DNA of 64,000 nucleotides from an uncultured Anaerotruncus sp. (GCA_905210995.1 CAJLZE010000002.1:6179-70178), one strand, 5' to 3'. Counted from the stretch's first letter, positions 19,632-29,966 are shown. The notes: a model not told the origin generated them from the letters alone. Program-made: numbers and translations.

Positions 19632-21554
19632 CTATCCGCCGATAAGCACCCACAGCACATTGACAACGGCGCACAGAAGGAAACCGAACAGCGTGGGTAT
19701 CAACGCCGCAAGTACTGTACACTTCACGCTGCCTGTTTCCTTCTTTATTGTAAAAAGCGTAGTTGAGCAGGGCCAGTGCATAAGCGAAAAAATCACAAAG
19801 CATACAGCGGTGCGCAGACACCAACCGTTTGATATCAGAATGTCACGCAATGCGCTGTCGCCCGCGATCCCGGGAACGCTGCCTGACGCAAGATAGATCA
19901 TCATGATGATCGGCAAAACGATCTCGTTTGCGGGGATGCCGAGTATAAAGCCGAGCAGAATAGCACCGTCAAGCCCTATGGCTCTGCCCACGGGATCGAC
20001 GGCGGCAGCCGCAGTGCTGAGAAGGCTCACGCCGTCCGGCTTCATATTTGCAAGCGCCCATATCACAAGCCCGGCAGGCGCTGCGACCGCAGCGGAACGC
20101 CCGAGCACAAAAAGTGTGCGGTCAAGCAAAGAGCGCACGATCACACGACCTATCTCAGGCTTCCTGTAAGGCGGCAGTTCGAGCGCAAACGACGATGGCT
20201 CGCCGCGCAGAAGTGTTATTGACAGCAGTTTTGTGGCAAGAAACGTAGCTCCCACTCCTATTAGTACCACCGTTATAAGCATAAGTGCGGAAAACACCGA
20301 GCGGATGATCCCGCTGCCGACGGCGGCAAAAAGCGTGAGCAGCGTGATTATTGCCGGAAAACGGCCGTTACAGGGAACAAAGCTGTTGGTGATGACAGCC
20401 AGCAATCGTTCGCGCGGCGAATCTATTATGCGGCAGCCGACGACTCCCGCAGCGTTGCAGCCGAATCCCATGCACATCGTAAGCGCCTGTTTTCCGCAGG
20501 CATGACAGCGGCAGAACGGTCGGTCGAGATTATATGCAATGCGAGGCAGATACCCCGAATCCTCAAGCAGCGTAAAAAGCGGAAAGAATATAGCCATAGG
20601 CGGCAGCATGACCGACACCACCCACCCGAGAACGCGAAACGCACCGTCCGCAAGCGCGCCGCGCAGCCACCACGGAGCGCCGCAGCAACTCAAAAGTGCC
20701 GAGAACCGTTCTTCAAGGTATGAAAACATGCGGCTGAGCAGAGCCGACGGGTAATTGGCTCCCTCTATGGTTATCCAGAATACAAGCGCGAGCAGCAATA
20801 TCATGACCGGATATCCGACTGCTTTGCCGGTCAGGATCCGATCAAGTCTGCGATCCTTGGCCGAATAGCCGCCCTCTCCCGAACACGTTACAACGCCCCG
20901 GCAGAGATCCTCGGCACGATTTATGCGTGTGACTGCCGTATGTTCGTCGTCGTCGGCATCTTTTTCGGTGTGCATCATCGGAGGTATACGCAAAAGATCG
21001 GATATCGCCTTTCCGAACGCAGCCGTACTGCGTTTGTTTCTTGCCGACATGCCTATCACCGGCACACCGAGGCGTTGTGAGAGCAGGCCGAGATCAATGC
21101 GGATACCTTTTCTTTTGGCTTCATCCATAAGGTTGACGCACACGAGCACACGCTCGGCGATCTCATTTGTCTGAAGCACAAGGTTCAGGTTGCGCTCAAG
21201 GCAGGTCGCGTCGCACACCACCGCAACAGCATCAGGCGGAGTTCCGTCTCTGCCGTAAATTATGAAGTCCCGTGCAACCTCTTCTTCGGGAGAGTGAGCG
21301 CGCAGCGAGTATGTTCCGGGCAGATCTACGAGCAGGTATTTCCTGTCCCCGTATTCAAATATGCCTTCGGCACTGACAACGGTCTTGCCCGGCCAGTTTC
21401 CGGTGTGCTGATTCATCCCGGTGAGATTATTGAAAAGCGTGCTTTTTCCGACGTTCGGATTTCCCGCAAGCGCGATCGTTATGTACGGCGCGCCGCTATG
21501 CCGCGTGTGGTGCCCCGCGGCACCCTTGCCGGTGGAATCGTATGTAAGTCCCAT
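19632..21554 (-). CDS. feoB: Ferrous iron transporter FeoB
   Basis: N-terminal G domain GNPNVGKSTLFN..DLPGTYSL, followed by a polytopic membrane domain with Gate motifs. Confidence 0.9.
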   Translation of the reverse strand: MGLTYDSTGKGAAGHHTRHSGAPYITIALAGNPNVGKSTLFNNLTGMNQHTGNWPGKTVVSAEGIFEYGDRKYLLVDLPGTYSLRAHSPEEEVARDFIIYGRDGTPPDAVAVVCDATCLERNLNLVLQTNEIAERVLVCVNLMDEAKRKGIRIDLGLLSQRLGVPVIGMSARNKRSTAAFGKAISDLLRIPPMMHTEKDADDDEHTAVTRINRAEDLCRGVVTCSGEGGYSAKDRRLDRILTGKAVGYPVMILLLALVFWITIEGANYPSALLSRMFSYLEERFSALLSCCGAPWWLRGALADGAFRVLGWVVSVMLPPMAIFFPLFTLLEDSGYLPRIAYNLDRPFCRCHACGKQALTMCMGFGCNAAGVVGCRIIDSPRERLLAVITNSFVPCNGRFPAIITLLTLFAAVGSGIIRSVFSALMLITVVLIGVGATFLATKLLSITLLRGEPSSFALELPPYRKPEIGRVIVRSLLDRTLFVLGRSAAVAAPAGLVIWALANMKPDGVSLLSTAAAAVDPVGRAIGLDGAILLGFILGIPANEIVLPIIMMIYLASGSVPGIAGDSALRDILISNGWCLRTAVCFVIFSLMHWPCSTTLFTIKKETGSVKCTVLAALIPTLFGFLLCAVVNVLWVLIGG

Positions 21555-21558
21555 GGTA

Positions 21559-21786
21559 TCAGTCCGGCCAAACGGTTATACCGCCGCAATCCTTTCTTCT
21601 CAAGGCGATGACCGCGCCGCGTATAAGGTATGCGCTCGGGTCTCCTCCCGGGCTCCTTCCGACACACTCGATCACGGTGTCCGGCACAAGTCCGAGATCG
21701 AGCAGACGTTGCCGCAGGCTCGCCGGCGCATTGACATTACGCACTTTTGCACGCTGCCCCGGGCATATTTCATACAGATAATTCAT
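21559..21786 (-). CDS. feoA: FeoA family protein
   Basis: MNYLYEICPGQRAKVRNV....LRQRLLDLGLVPDTVIECV is a FeoA SH3-like pattern. It sits directly upstream of feoB, with a GGAGAA RBS. Confidence 0.8.
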   Translation of the reverse strand: MNYLYEICPGQRAKVRNVNAPASLRQRLLDLGLVPDTVIECVGRSPGGDPSAYLIRGAVIALRRKDCGGITVWPD

Positions 21787-21807
21787 TTGAGTTCTCCAGT
21801 TTCTTTT

Positions 21808-21823
21808 GTTATCGGCTGATAAC
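21808..21823. promoter_or_regulatory. Perfect inverted repeat GTTATC-N4-GATAAC in the feoA leader; candidate Fur/metalloregulator operator
   Basis: Seen directly in the sequence as GTTATCGGCTGATAAC. It is 22 nt upstream of the feoA ATG and abuts a TATGAT -10-like hexamer on the minus strand (21824..21829). Confidence 0.4.
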
Positions 21824-21925
21824 ATCATATTCCACCTTGCATCAACATGACACAACATTCTCCGTTCGGCCGGCGCTGCGGAATGCGTACCGACAAAAGT
21901 TTATCATGTAAACTGATTCGCAAGG

Positions 21926-21954
21926 TTGAATTATTTTTTATATTGTGATATAAT
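21926..21954 (+). promoter_or_regulatory. Sigma-A-type promoter (extended -10) for the ABC exporter pair
   Basis: TTGAAT, a 17-nt spacer ending in TGA, then TATAAT. Confidence 0.6.
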
Positions 21955-22010
21955 ATCCAATGTTGCTCTCTCAAAGTATTACCCTATCTACTGTAAGAAA
22001 GGATGGTTTT

Positions 22011-23762
22011 ATGCTGAAAAGACTTTACGCGTGCGTAAGGGAATTCAAAACGGCAGCATGGCTGACTCCGCTGTTCATACTCGGTGAGGCGATCATCGAG
22101 TGCCTCATTCCTTACCGCATCGCAATGCTTATCAACAATCTGAACACAAACGGAGTTGCCCTTGAAAGCATTATAACCGACGGTCTCATTCTCGCGGCAA
22201 TGGCTTGCGCTTCATTGCTCTGCGGCACTCTCGCTGCGATAACAGCCGCCAAGGCAGGCGCGGGATTTGCACGAAATCTGCGTCATGATATGTACGAATG
22301 CATTGAAAAGTATTCGTTTGCCAACATCGACAGGTTTTCTTCCTCGTCTCTCGTGACGAGAATGACCACAGACGTCGGAAACGTGCAAATGGCTTTCATG
22401 ATAATCATCAGAATGGCGATCCGCTGCCCGTTCATGCTGATCTTCTCGATCATTATGGCGTATATCATGGGCGGCAGTCTTTCCACGATGTTCGTTATCG
22501 TTGTACCGTTCCTCGCTGTCGGACTTTTTCTTATTGCGCGCAAAGCAATGCCCGCATTCAGAAGCGTATTCCGCAAGTATGACAAGCTCAACGAGTCCAT
22601 TGAAGAAAACGTTTCGGCAATGCGTGCCGTCAAGAGCTTTGTGCGCGAGGATTACGAAAAGGAAAAATTCACCCGCGCTTCCGAAGAGATACGCAAGGAT
22701 TTCACTCACGCCGAGCGTATAGTTGCACTCAACTCACCTCTGATGCAGATATGCATTTACTTCAATATGGTCTTTGTGCTTTATATCGGCTCGCGGCTGA
22801 TAATAGGCAGCAACGGCACATATATCGATGTCGGTCAGCTCTCCGCAATGCTCACATACGGATTCCAGATACTTTCGTCACTCATGATGGTGGCGATGGT
22901 GTGTGTCATGCTCACTCTCTCGGCGGAATCGGCGCGCCGTATCTATGAGGTGCTTGATGAAAAGCCCTCTCTCACTGACCCTGCCGAGCCGGTGATGAGC
23001 GTGAAAGACGGTTCGGTCGATTTCGATTCCGTAAACTTTAAATATTCGGAAAAAGCCGAGAAAAACGCTCTTGAAGGCATTGATCTTCACATCGGCTCGG
23101 GTCAGACCGTAGGTATACTCGGCGGCACGGGCTCGGGAAAATCAAGCCTTGTTCAGCTCATCCCGCGCCTTTATGACGTGAGCGAAGGCTCGGTAAAGGT
23201 CGGCGGCATAGACGTACGCAATTACGACATCAACGTTCTGCGCGATCAGGTCGCAATGGTGCTTCAGAAGAATCTTCTTTTTGCGGGCACGATAAACGAA
23301 AATCTCAGATGGGGCAATGAAAATGCTACCGATGATGAGATCCGCGAAGCATGCAGGCTTGCCCAGGCAGATGAGTTCGTAAGTCAGTTCCCGAACGGCT
23401 ACGAAACGATGATAGAGCAGGGAGGTGCGAATGTATCCGGCGGGCAGAAGCAGCGTCTTTGCATCGCACGCGCTCTGCTGAAAAAGCCGAAAATACTGAT
23501 CCTCGACGACTCTACGAGCGCCGTCGATATGAAGACCGATGCACTGATACGCATGGGCTTCAAGCAGTACATTCCCGAGACGACCAAGATCATCATCGCT
23601 CAGCGTGTAGCGTCGGTGATGGATGCCGACATGATAGTCGTTATGGACGGCGGACACATATGCGACGTCGGAACGCACGACGAACTTATGTCACGCTGCG
23701 ATATCTACCGCGATATTTATACTCAACAGACGAGAGGAGGAGACGGCGATGAAAAACAGTAA
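22011..23762 (+). CDS. ABC exporter, fused permease/ATPase (heterodimer subunit 1)
   Basis: Six-helix TMD, Walker A GGTGSGKSS, signature VSGGQKQRLCIARAL and ILILDDSTSAVD. AAGAAAGGA RBS. Confidence 0.9.
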   Translation: MLKRLYACVREFKTAAWLTPLFILGEAIIECLIPYRIAMLINNLNTNGVALESIITDGLILAAMACASLLCGTLAAITAAKAGAGFARNLRHDMYECIEKYSFANIDRFSSSSLVTRMTTDVGNVQMAFMIIIRMAIRCPFMLIFSIIMAYIMGGSLSTMFVIVVPFLAVGLFLIARKAMPAFRSVFRKYDKLNESIEENVSAMRAVKSFVREDYEKEKFTRASEEIRKDFTHAERIVALNSPLMQICIYFNMVFVLYIGSRLIIGSNGTYIDVGQLSAMLTYGFQILSSLMMVAMVCVMLTLSAESARRIYEVLDEKPSLTDPAEPVMSVKDGSVDFDSVNFKYSEKAEKNALEGIDLHIGSGQTVGILGGTGSGKSSLVQLIPRLYDVSEGSVKVGGIDVRNYDINVLRDQVAMVLQKNLLFAGTINENLRWGNENATDDEIREACRLAQADEFVSQFPNGYETMIEQGGANVSGGQKQRLCIARALLKKPKILILDDSTSAVDMKTDALIRMGFKQYIPETTKIIIAQRVASVMDADMIVVMDGGHICDVGTHDELMSRCDIYRDIYTQQTRGGDGDEKQ

Positions 23763-25674
23763 GCCGAACGTGAAGGCACAAGCACACCGTCCGAAGGCAG
23801 ATCCCAAGGTCCTCGGTCGTGTGATAAAGCTTCTTTACGAAAGCTATCCCGCTCTTGTCGTGATAACAGCGATCTGCATCGTGTTTTCGGCTGTTGTCTC
23901 GTCTATCCCCGCGCTCTTTCTGCAGGAAGTCATAAAGATAATCGGCGATTACACCGTAAGCGGCGACTGGGAAGCCGCGCGCGCACTCATTACACCGAAG
24001 ATCATCACTCTTGTGTGCTTTTACGTGCTTTCGATACTTTCGATGCTCGCATATACGCAGCTTATGGCTTATATCACGCAGGGCTTTCTTTCCAAGCTCC
24101 GCTGCCGTATGTTCGGAGGCATGCAGGATCTCCCGATAAAATACTTTGACACGCATAAGCACGGCGATATCATGAGCCACTACACCAACGATATCGACGC
24201 GCTGCGCGAGCTTGTTTCTCAGTCGCTGCCGCAGATGATATCCTCGGGTGTGATCGTCATTTCGGTTCTGTCGATCATGCTTTACTTCTCGCTGTGGCTT
24301 ACGCTTCTCGTGCTTGCGGGCGTTATTCTTATGATAATCATATCCAAAAAGGTCGGCGGCGGCTCGGCAAAGTACTTTATCAGACAGCAGGCGACAATGG
24401 GCAAGGCTGAGGGCTTTATTCAGGAAATGATGAACGGCATGAAGGTCGTAAAGGTCTTCTGCCATGAGAAAAAAAGCGCCGAAGACTTTGACAGTATCAA
24501 CAACGAGCTGTGCAATGACAGCCGCAGCGCGCATACCTATGCAAGTATGCTCGGTCCCATTATAATGAATATCGGCAACATCCTTTATGTGCTCACCGCA
24601 ATAATCGGCGGCGTGCTCATACTGAACAATGTGCCGAATGTGAGCATTTCCATGAAGCCTCTCGGCATCAGCATCCTCGTTCCTTTCCTCAACATGACAA
24701 AGCAGTTCACAGGCAATGTCAATCAGCTTTCACAACAGGTGAACAGCGTCGTAATGGCAATGGCCGGCGCGGGAAGAGTATTCTCGCTCATGGACGAAAA
24801 GCCCGAGACCGACGACGGATATGTCACACTTGTCAACGCGAAGATCGACAGTGATGGCAATATCACCGAGACAGACGAGCGCACCGGCATGTGGGCATGG
24901 AAGCACCCGCACGGCGACGGCTCACTGACATACACTCGCCTGCGCGGGGACGTTCGCCTTGTTGACGTTGATTTTGCCTACGAAGAAGGCAAGGACGTGC
25001 TGCACGACGTATCGGTATATGCCGAACCCGGACAGAAGGTGGCATTTGTCGGAGCTACGGGCGCGGGCAAGACGACGATAACAAATCTTATCAACCGCTT
25101 CTACGATATCGCCGACGGCAAGATAAGATACGACGGCATCAATATCAACAAGATAAAGAAAGCCGATCTGCGCCACTCGCTCGGTATCGTGCTTCAGGAT
25201 ACCAACCTGTTCACCGGAACGGTTATGGACAATATACGTTACGGCAGGCTTGATGCGACGGACGATGAATGCCGCGCTGCGGCAAAACTCGCGGGCGCCG
25301 ACGATTTCATAACCCGCTTGCCGGAAGGATATTCGACGCAGCTGACAAACAACGGCGCCAACCTCTCTCAGGGGCAGCGACAGCTGATTGCCATCGCACG
25401 TGCCGCGGTCGCCGACCCGCCGGTCATGATACTTGACGAGGCAACATCGTCTATCGATACGCGTACCGAAGCTATCGTTCAGCGCGGAATGGATAAGCTG
25501 ATGGAAGGCAGAACGGTATTCGTCATAGCGCACCGCCTGTCAACGGTCATGAATTCGGATGTCATAATGGTACTGGATCACGGACGCATCATCGAGCGCG
25601 GCAACCACGAAAAGCTTATTGCCGAGCACGGGACTTATTACAAACTGTACACAGGCGCGTTTGAGCTTGAATAA
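23749..25674 (+). CDS. ABC exporter, fused permease/ATPase (heterodimer subunit 2)
   Basis: Walker A GATGAGKTT, signature LSQGQRQLIAIARA and VMILDEATSSID. The start overlaps the upstream gene and is preceded by GAGGAGGAG. Confidence 0.9.
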   Translation: MKNSKPNVKAQAHRPKADPKVLGRVIKLLYESYPALVVITAICIVFSAVVSSIPALFLQEVIKIIGDYTVSGDWEAARALITPKIITLVCFYVLSILSMLAYTQLMAYITQGFLSKLRCRMFGGMQDLPIKYFDTHKHGDIMSHYTNDIDALRELVSQSLPQMISSGVIVISVLSIMLYFSLWLTLLVLAGVILMIIISKKVGGGSAKYFIRQQATMGKAEGFIQEMMNGMKVVKVFCHEKKSAEDFDSINNELCNDSRSAHTYASMLGPIIMNIGNILYVLTAIIGGVLILNNVPNVSISMKPLGISILVPFLNMTKQFTGNVNQLSQQVNSVVMAMAGAGRVFSLMDEKPETDDGYVTLVNAKIDSDGNITETDERTGMWAWKHPHGDGSLTYTRLRGDVRLVDVDFAYEEGKDVLHDVSVYAEPGQKVAFVGATGAGKTTITNLINRFYDIADGKIRYDGININKIKKADLRHSLGIVLQDTNLFTGTVMDNIRYGRLDATDDECRAAAKLAGADDFITRLPEGYSTQLTNNGANLSQGQRQLIAIARAAVADPPVMILDEATSSIDTRTEAIVQRGMDKLMEGRTVFVIAHRLSTVMNSDVIMVLDHGRIIERGNHEKLIAEHGTYYKLYTGAFELE

Positions 25675-25688
25675 AAACAAATATAAAA

Positions 25689-25735
25689 ATACCGCTTATT
25701 TCCGATCGATATTCGGGAATAAGCGGTATTTTTCT
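25689..25735 (+). terminator. Rho-independent terminator after the ABC pair
   Basis: 17-bp stem ATACCGCTTATTTCCGA/TCGGGAATAAGCGGTAT (one mismatch) followed by TTTTTCTTT. Confidence 0.8.
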
Positions 25736-25818
25736 TTACATTACTTTCAACACATTTTAAGCCTACGCTGTGGCAAAATAATTGCGGATATAAAATCAAG
25801 CTGTCAGAGGAAAAACAA

Positions 25819-26634
25819 ATGATATCAAGATCAAAAATAATGTCTGTTCTGCTTGCCGCTGTCGCAGTGATATGTGCCGTGATCCCGGCACACGGCGAAA
25901 ACAGCGCGGCATACAACTGGTACTGCATACGCACACCGGACAACCGCCGTCCTCCATGTCCGCCCGAACTGGCTTTTGTAAAAGACCACGGCGGATTTTT
26001 TATAGACAACAACAAAAAAGACGGTGATACCGACAAGGTGGTATACCTGACGTTCGATGCGGGCTATGAAAACGGCAACGTTGAAAAGATACTTGACGCG
26101 CTGCGCGAAAAGAATGTTCCGGGTGCGTTTTTCATACTCGGAAACCTTGTAACTTCGAATCCGGATCTCGTCAGGCGAATGGGCGACGAGGGACATCTCG
26201 TGTGCAATCACACCTATCATCACCGCGACATGAGCAAGTATACCGACAGGTCGGAATTTGCCGCCGAGCTTACCTCGCTCGAGGAGGCATACCGAAAAAC
26301 GACCGGCAGGGAAATGAGCAAATACTATCGACCGCCGGAGGGAAGATTCACCGAGCAGAACCTTACCGACGCCGAGGAGCTTGGCTATCTCACCGTGTTC
26401 TGGAGCTTTGCATACGCCGACTGGGACAACAAAAAGCAGCCCACCAGGGAGTATGCACTTAAAAAAATAATGTCAAACGTTCACAACGGCGCCGTGATAC
26501 TGCTGCATCCGACGTCGGCGACCAATGCCGCAATACTCCCGAGTCTTATTGACAGTCTGCGCGAGGAGGGCTACCGCTTCGGCACTCTCGACGAGCTTTG
26601 CGGCAGGAGCGCGAGTGGAGAGCTTGTGGAATGA
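25819..26634 (+). CDS. Polysaccharide deacetylase (NodB domain), PdaA-like (delta-lactam-type) with a signal peptide
   Basis: LTFDAGYENGNVEKILDALREKNVPGAFFILG...GHLVCNHTYHHRDM resembles the B. subtilis PdaA TFDNGYENG / GNHSFHH blocks. Confidence 0.75.
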   Translation: MISRSKIMSVLLAAVAVICAVIPAHGENSAAYNWYCIRTPDNRRPPCPPELAFVKDHGGFFIDNNKKDGDTDKVVYLTFDAGYENGNVEKILDALREKNVPGAFFILGNLVTSNPDLVRRMGDEGHLVCNHTYHHRDMSKYTDRSEFAAELTSLEEAYRKTTGREMSKYYRPPEGRFTEQNLTDAEELGYLTVFWSFAYADWDNKKQPTREYALKKIMSNVHNGAVILLHPTSATNAAILPSLIDSLREEGYRFGTLDELCGRSASGELVE

Positions 26635-27341
26635 TACGGCGCGCAACGACTTGCTTTTTTTCATCGATCCTTTCATTTGCGCTTCTGGCGGGATGCGTCA
26701 TGCGGTGTGCGGCAGCTCAGTCAAAAAATCGAGAATCATCGCCGGAATGCCGCGTGTTTTCGCGCGGAGTCCCCGGTCACGGACGTGTGGCTCTTACCTT
26801 TGACGACGGTCCCGACCCGAAGTTGACAGCCGAAATACTCGATATTCTCTCCGAAAACGGAGTGAGAGCGACTTTTTTTGTTGTCGGGAGCAATGCCCGT
26901 GAGCACCCGGAGCTTATAGACCGCGAAATAAACGAAGGACACGAAATAGGCAATCACACCTACAACCACAAATACCTCGGCAGAGTCGATGCCAAGCGCA
27001 CCGAGGAGGAGATCGCCTCATGTGACTCGTTGATATTCGAACACAACGAATACACCACACGCCTTTTCAGACCTCCGGGCGGCATAATGAACCGCGATAT
27101 TTCGCGCGTATGCGCGGCATACGGCTACAGCGTGATGCTTTGGAGCGTCGATACGCGCGACTGGAGCGGACGCGATGCAGACGCGATATGCCGCGAGATA
27201 TACCGCAACGTTTCGGATGGCGCTATAATCCTGATGCACGACGGAGTGCGCGGACACACGGCTGAGGCGTTGAGAACAGTTATTCCCGAACTGAAAAAAA
27301 GAGGCTATGAATTCGTCACAGCCTCGGAGCTTATAAAGTGA
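26631..27341 (+). CDS. Polysaccharide deacetylase (NodB domain), secreted or lipoprotein-like
   Basis: ALTFDDGPDP, EIGNHTYNH, LFRPPGG and ILMHD NodB motifs. The N-terminal hydrophobic segment ends in LLAGC, which is lipobox-like. Confidence 0.8.
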   Translation: MIRRATTCFFSSILSFALLAGCVMRCAAAQSKNRESSPECRVFSRGVPGHGRVALTFDDGPDPKLTAEILDILSENGVRATFFVVGSNAREHPELIDREINEGHEIGNHTYNHKYLGRVDAKRTEEEIASCDSLIFEHNEYTTRLFRPPGGIMNRDISRVCAAYGYSVMLWSVDTRDWSGRDADAICREIYRNVSDGAIILMHDGVRGHTAEALRTVIPELKKRGYEFVTASELIK

Positions 27342-27351
27342 CCTCACGGCC

Positions 27352-27398
27352 AAAGTGGGTGTTAAAAAACTCAAAATGAATTTTTTAACACCCACTTT
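27352..27398. terminator. Bidirectional terminator hairpin between convergent genes
   Basis: Perfect 18-bp stem AAAGTGGGTGTTAAAAAA / TTTTTTAACACCCACTTT. The A/T runs give U-tracts in both directions. Confidence 0.75.
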
Positions 27399-27400
27399 AT

Positions 27401-28396
27401 TTATTCGTCGCCGAATTCGTATTCTATCTCGGGCTTGTCGTCGTCGCTGTCGGCGGGCACGGTCTTTATCATGTATTTTTCAATCACGGGGTATGCACCG
27501 TAAGCCGTGAGCAGTGCAATGCTCGGCAGCAGATAAAATACCGGGAATATCGCCGGAACTATGATATTGAACGGCTTCAGTGCTATGAACAGAAGTACGT
27601 TCACGCCGAGAAGTGCTACGATGCCGAGCACCGACATAAGATTTCGCTTGATGCCGAGGATCGTAAAGATCAGTGCGTTTTTGTATATCTTGAATATACT
27701 GAGATCAAAGGTTATCAGCATGAGATAAATATAAAAACGCATAAAGAAATAAATGATGCAGAGCGCAAAGGTGACAAAAAACATCAGATCGAGCCAGAAG
27801 GTCCCGCCGACCTGGAAGCAGTAAATGATATCAACAGTAAGTATCGTGACTATCAATGCATCCATGATGCCCATAAGCAGCCCCTGCTTCCAGTTGCGCT
27901 TGACGGCATAAAAGAAATCGCTGAATATAAAAAGCGGTTCATGCCTTACCATGCAGCGAGCACAATATGCCGCGCCGACATGCACAGCTCCCCATATGAG
28001 CAGCGTGAATATCGCCAGTCCGACAAATGTATATATCTGCGCGGCGTTGAAAACGTGAAGATCGAGCTGCTGCCCGAATATACCGAGGAATGCCATGAGA
28101 GGAGCTGACGGCATGAGCAGATTTGAACCGTAAAGCGTGGAATATACGGTGCTTTCCTGCGAGGGCGTTGTGCTTCCCACAGAATACATATACATTGCCA
28201 CCGCTGCGGGCACGAGCAACACGATCATGAGCACATTCAGCGTCAGAAGCCGGCTGAAATTCCGTATATAGAACTTCGGCATATTCTTCAGGTTGGGCAC
28301 AAGCGGCTTTTCATCCTTTGAAACGCCTTTTCCGTCCTTGTTCGGGTTGAAGAAGTTGAACAACTTCCTGCTGAACGATTTTTCTTTGTCTTTCAT
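27401..28396 (-). CDS. Hypothetical polytopic membrane protein (possibly DUF624/YesL-like)
   Basis: GGAG RBS. A Lys-rich N-terminus is followed by about 7 hydrophobic helices and an acidic C-terminus. The family assignment is uncertain. Confidence 0.6.
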   Translation of the reverse strand: MKDKEKSFSRKLFNFFNPNKDGKGVSKDEKPLVPNLKNMPKFYIRNFSRLLTLNVLMIVLLVPAAVAMYMYSVGSTTPSQESTVYSTLYGSNLLMPSAPLMAFLGIFGQQLDLHVFNAAQIYTFVGLAIFTLLIWGAVHVGAAYCARCMVRHEPLFIFSDFFYAVKRNWKQGLLMGIMDALIVTILTVDIIYCFQVGGTFWLDLMFFVTFALCIIYFFMRFYIYLMLITFDLSIFKIYKNALIFTILGIKRNLMSVLGIVALLGVNVLLFIALKPFNIIVPAIFPVFYLLPSIALLTAYGAYPVIEKYMIKTVPADSDDDKPEIEYEFGDE

Positions 28397-28412
28397 TTTT
28401 ATCTCCGTTTTA

Positions 28413-29054
28413 TCAAAGAGTAAGCATATGTATCGCAAACAGATAAACCGCCCTCATAATTATAACAGCGCCGACAGAGGCGGCACAGGCAAGGCAGTAT
28501 ACCGCAAAGCGGGCTGTGAATACCATATTCGGCGAGCGCTCCGAAAGCCCGCGGAAAAGCACCGAGGCGCGTTCCGCAAAGCATGACGTCAGAACATACA
28601 GAAGAGCCGTCAGGCACGAAAGCAGCAAAAAACACACCGAACAGGCGACGGGATGTGCGGTCTCTATCAGCTTTTCGGATGCTGCTGTGGCAAGCACTCC
28701 CGCAGATATTCCGACAGACGCGCCGCAAAGCATTAAAAACACCGAGCAGCACTGGCGGCATATATAAGTCAGCCCGAAAAGGTAGAGCAGCATCACATAA
28801 ACAATGTCTCTCCCTGCGCTCTGTACCACCGCAAGAAACACCGGGAAAAAGCCGGATATCCCTTCAAAAGGAGGCGCAAAGCAGTGCCTTGCTCGGTCAA
28901 GCAGGGAAGAGCTGTATTCATATCCGCTGAGCGCATTGAATATCAGTCCCATAGCAGTGCCGCACACAAGCAGTGCAAAAAAACGAAGCAGCTCCGCGTA
29001 CTTTTCGGCACTCTCACGCAGCTTGGCGAATGCAGCACCGTTATCCGTCTCCAT
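28413..29054 (-). CDS. Hypothetical polytopic membrane protein (SpoIIM/DUF95-like size and topology, unverified)
   Basis: 213 aa with 5-6 hydrophobic helices and many Cys in the TM segments. I cannot confirm any motif by eye. Confidence 0.5.
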   Translation of the reverse strand: METDNGAAFAKLRESAEKYAELLRFFALLVCGTAMGLIFNALSGYEYSSSLLDRARHCFAPPFEGISGFFPVFLAVVQSAGRDIVYVMLLYLFGLTYICRQCCSVFLMLCGASVGISAGVLATAASEKLIETAHPVACSVCFLLLSCLTALLYVLTSCFAERASVLFRGLSERSPNMVFTARFAVYCLACAASVGAVIIMRAVYLFAIHMLTL

Positions 29055-29153
29055 TCAGATCAACACCTTTCCGTTCCGCATAATCTCACACAGTTAAATA
29101 TACTCCATAAACGGAAAAGTTATTACAGGGCTGCGACGTAAGACCCGAACGGA

Positions 29154-29966
29154 TCAATTACCGGAATTGCGCAAAACTTCAAACGCCAGGACCGACACGG
29201 CGCAGGCGGTCGAAAGCGACCCCATGAACTGCCTGCCGTACCCGATGCGAACACACCCGTCACAGACTGCGGCAAGCGATGACGATATCCCGCGTTTTTC
29301 GCCACCCATAACTATCACGAGCGGACGTGAAAGCCCCGCATCAAGGTAAGAAACGGAATCGCGTATCCCGGAGCAGAGAATACGGTAGCCTGCGGCACGG
29401 AACATCCCGACCGCATCCACAGCACCACCATCTGCCGAATAGACCGGAAGAAGCTCATATGCTCCCGCCGATGAGCGCGATATCGTACTGTCGGCGCTTA
29501 TAAGGTGACCGCCCGGTATTATAACACCGTCGGCTCCGGCAGCATAAAGCGAACGCAGGGAATACCCGAAGCTGTACGGATCCTCGATGCCGTCAAATAG
29601 CATATAAAAGCCATGGGGCGATATATTTGCGGCGTCAAGCGGCTTTATTTTTCTTTGGCCGACACGTGCCGCTATTCCGCCGTGCGTGGTGCCGGACGTA
29701 AGCGTTGCAAGTTCGTCGCCCGAGCATTCCCTAACGGCAAACCCGTATTCTGCGGATTTGGCTCTGAGGTATGCGAGCCGACGCCTGAAACGGTCGCCGC
29801 CTCCCGAGACCTTTGATGAGTCCACAAGTATTTCGGCAATATCGCGCGACGGTACGCCTTCGTCCATCGACTTTATGCAGGCAGATACGGACGTGATGCC
29901 TTCAAGTATCGTATATACGTTTTCTTTATCAGAATTCATATCGTTTAAGCTCATCTTGACAGTCAT
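29154..29966 (-). CDS. TrmH/SpoU-family RNA 2'-O-methyltransferase (RlmB-like)
   Basis: The C-terminal SpoU knot motifs are LVIVMGGEKRGIS and IGYGRQFMGSLSTACAVSVLAFE. The N-terminal substrate-binding domain resembles L30e-like domains. Confidence 0.75.
   Translation of the reverse strand: MTVKMSLNDMNSDKENVYTILEGITSVSACIKSMDEGVPSRDIAEILVDSSKVSGGGDRFRRRLAYLRAKSAEYGFAVRECSGDELATLTSGTTHGGIAARVGQRKIKPLDAANISPHGFYMLFDGIEDPYSFGYSLRSLYAAGADGVIIPGGHLISADSTISRSSAGAYELLPVYSADGGAVDAVGMFRAAGYRILCSGIRDSVSYLDAGLSRPLVIVMGGEKRGISSSLAAVCDGCVRIGYGRQFMGSLSTACAVSVLAFEVLRNSGN

Noticed and set aside
23686-24534. 282-aa minus-strand ORF inside the second ABC exporter of the 22-25.7 kb pair. Similar antisense ORFs occur at 32682..33281, 34002..34871, 36365..37114 and 47300..48055.
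   Set aside because: All of these lie antisense to confidently assigned genes, lack start-site signals and have shadow-ORF composition.
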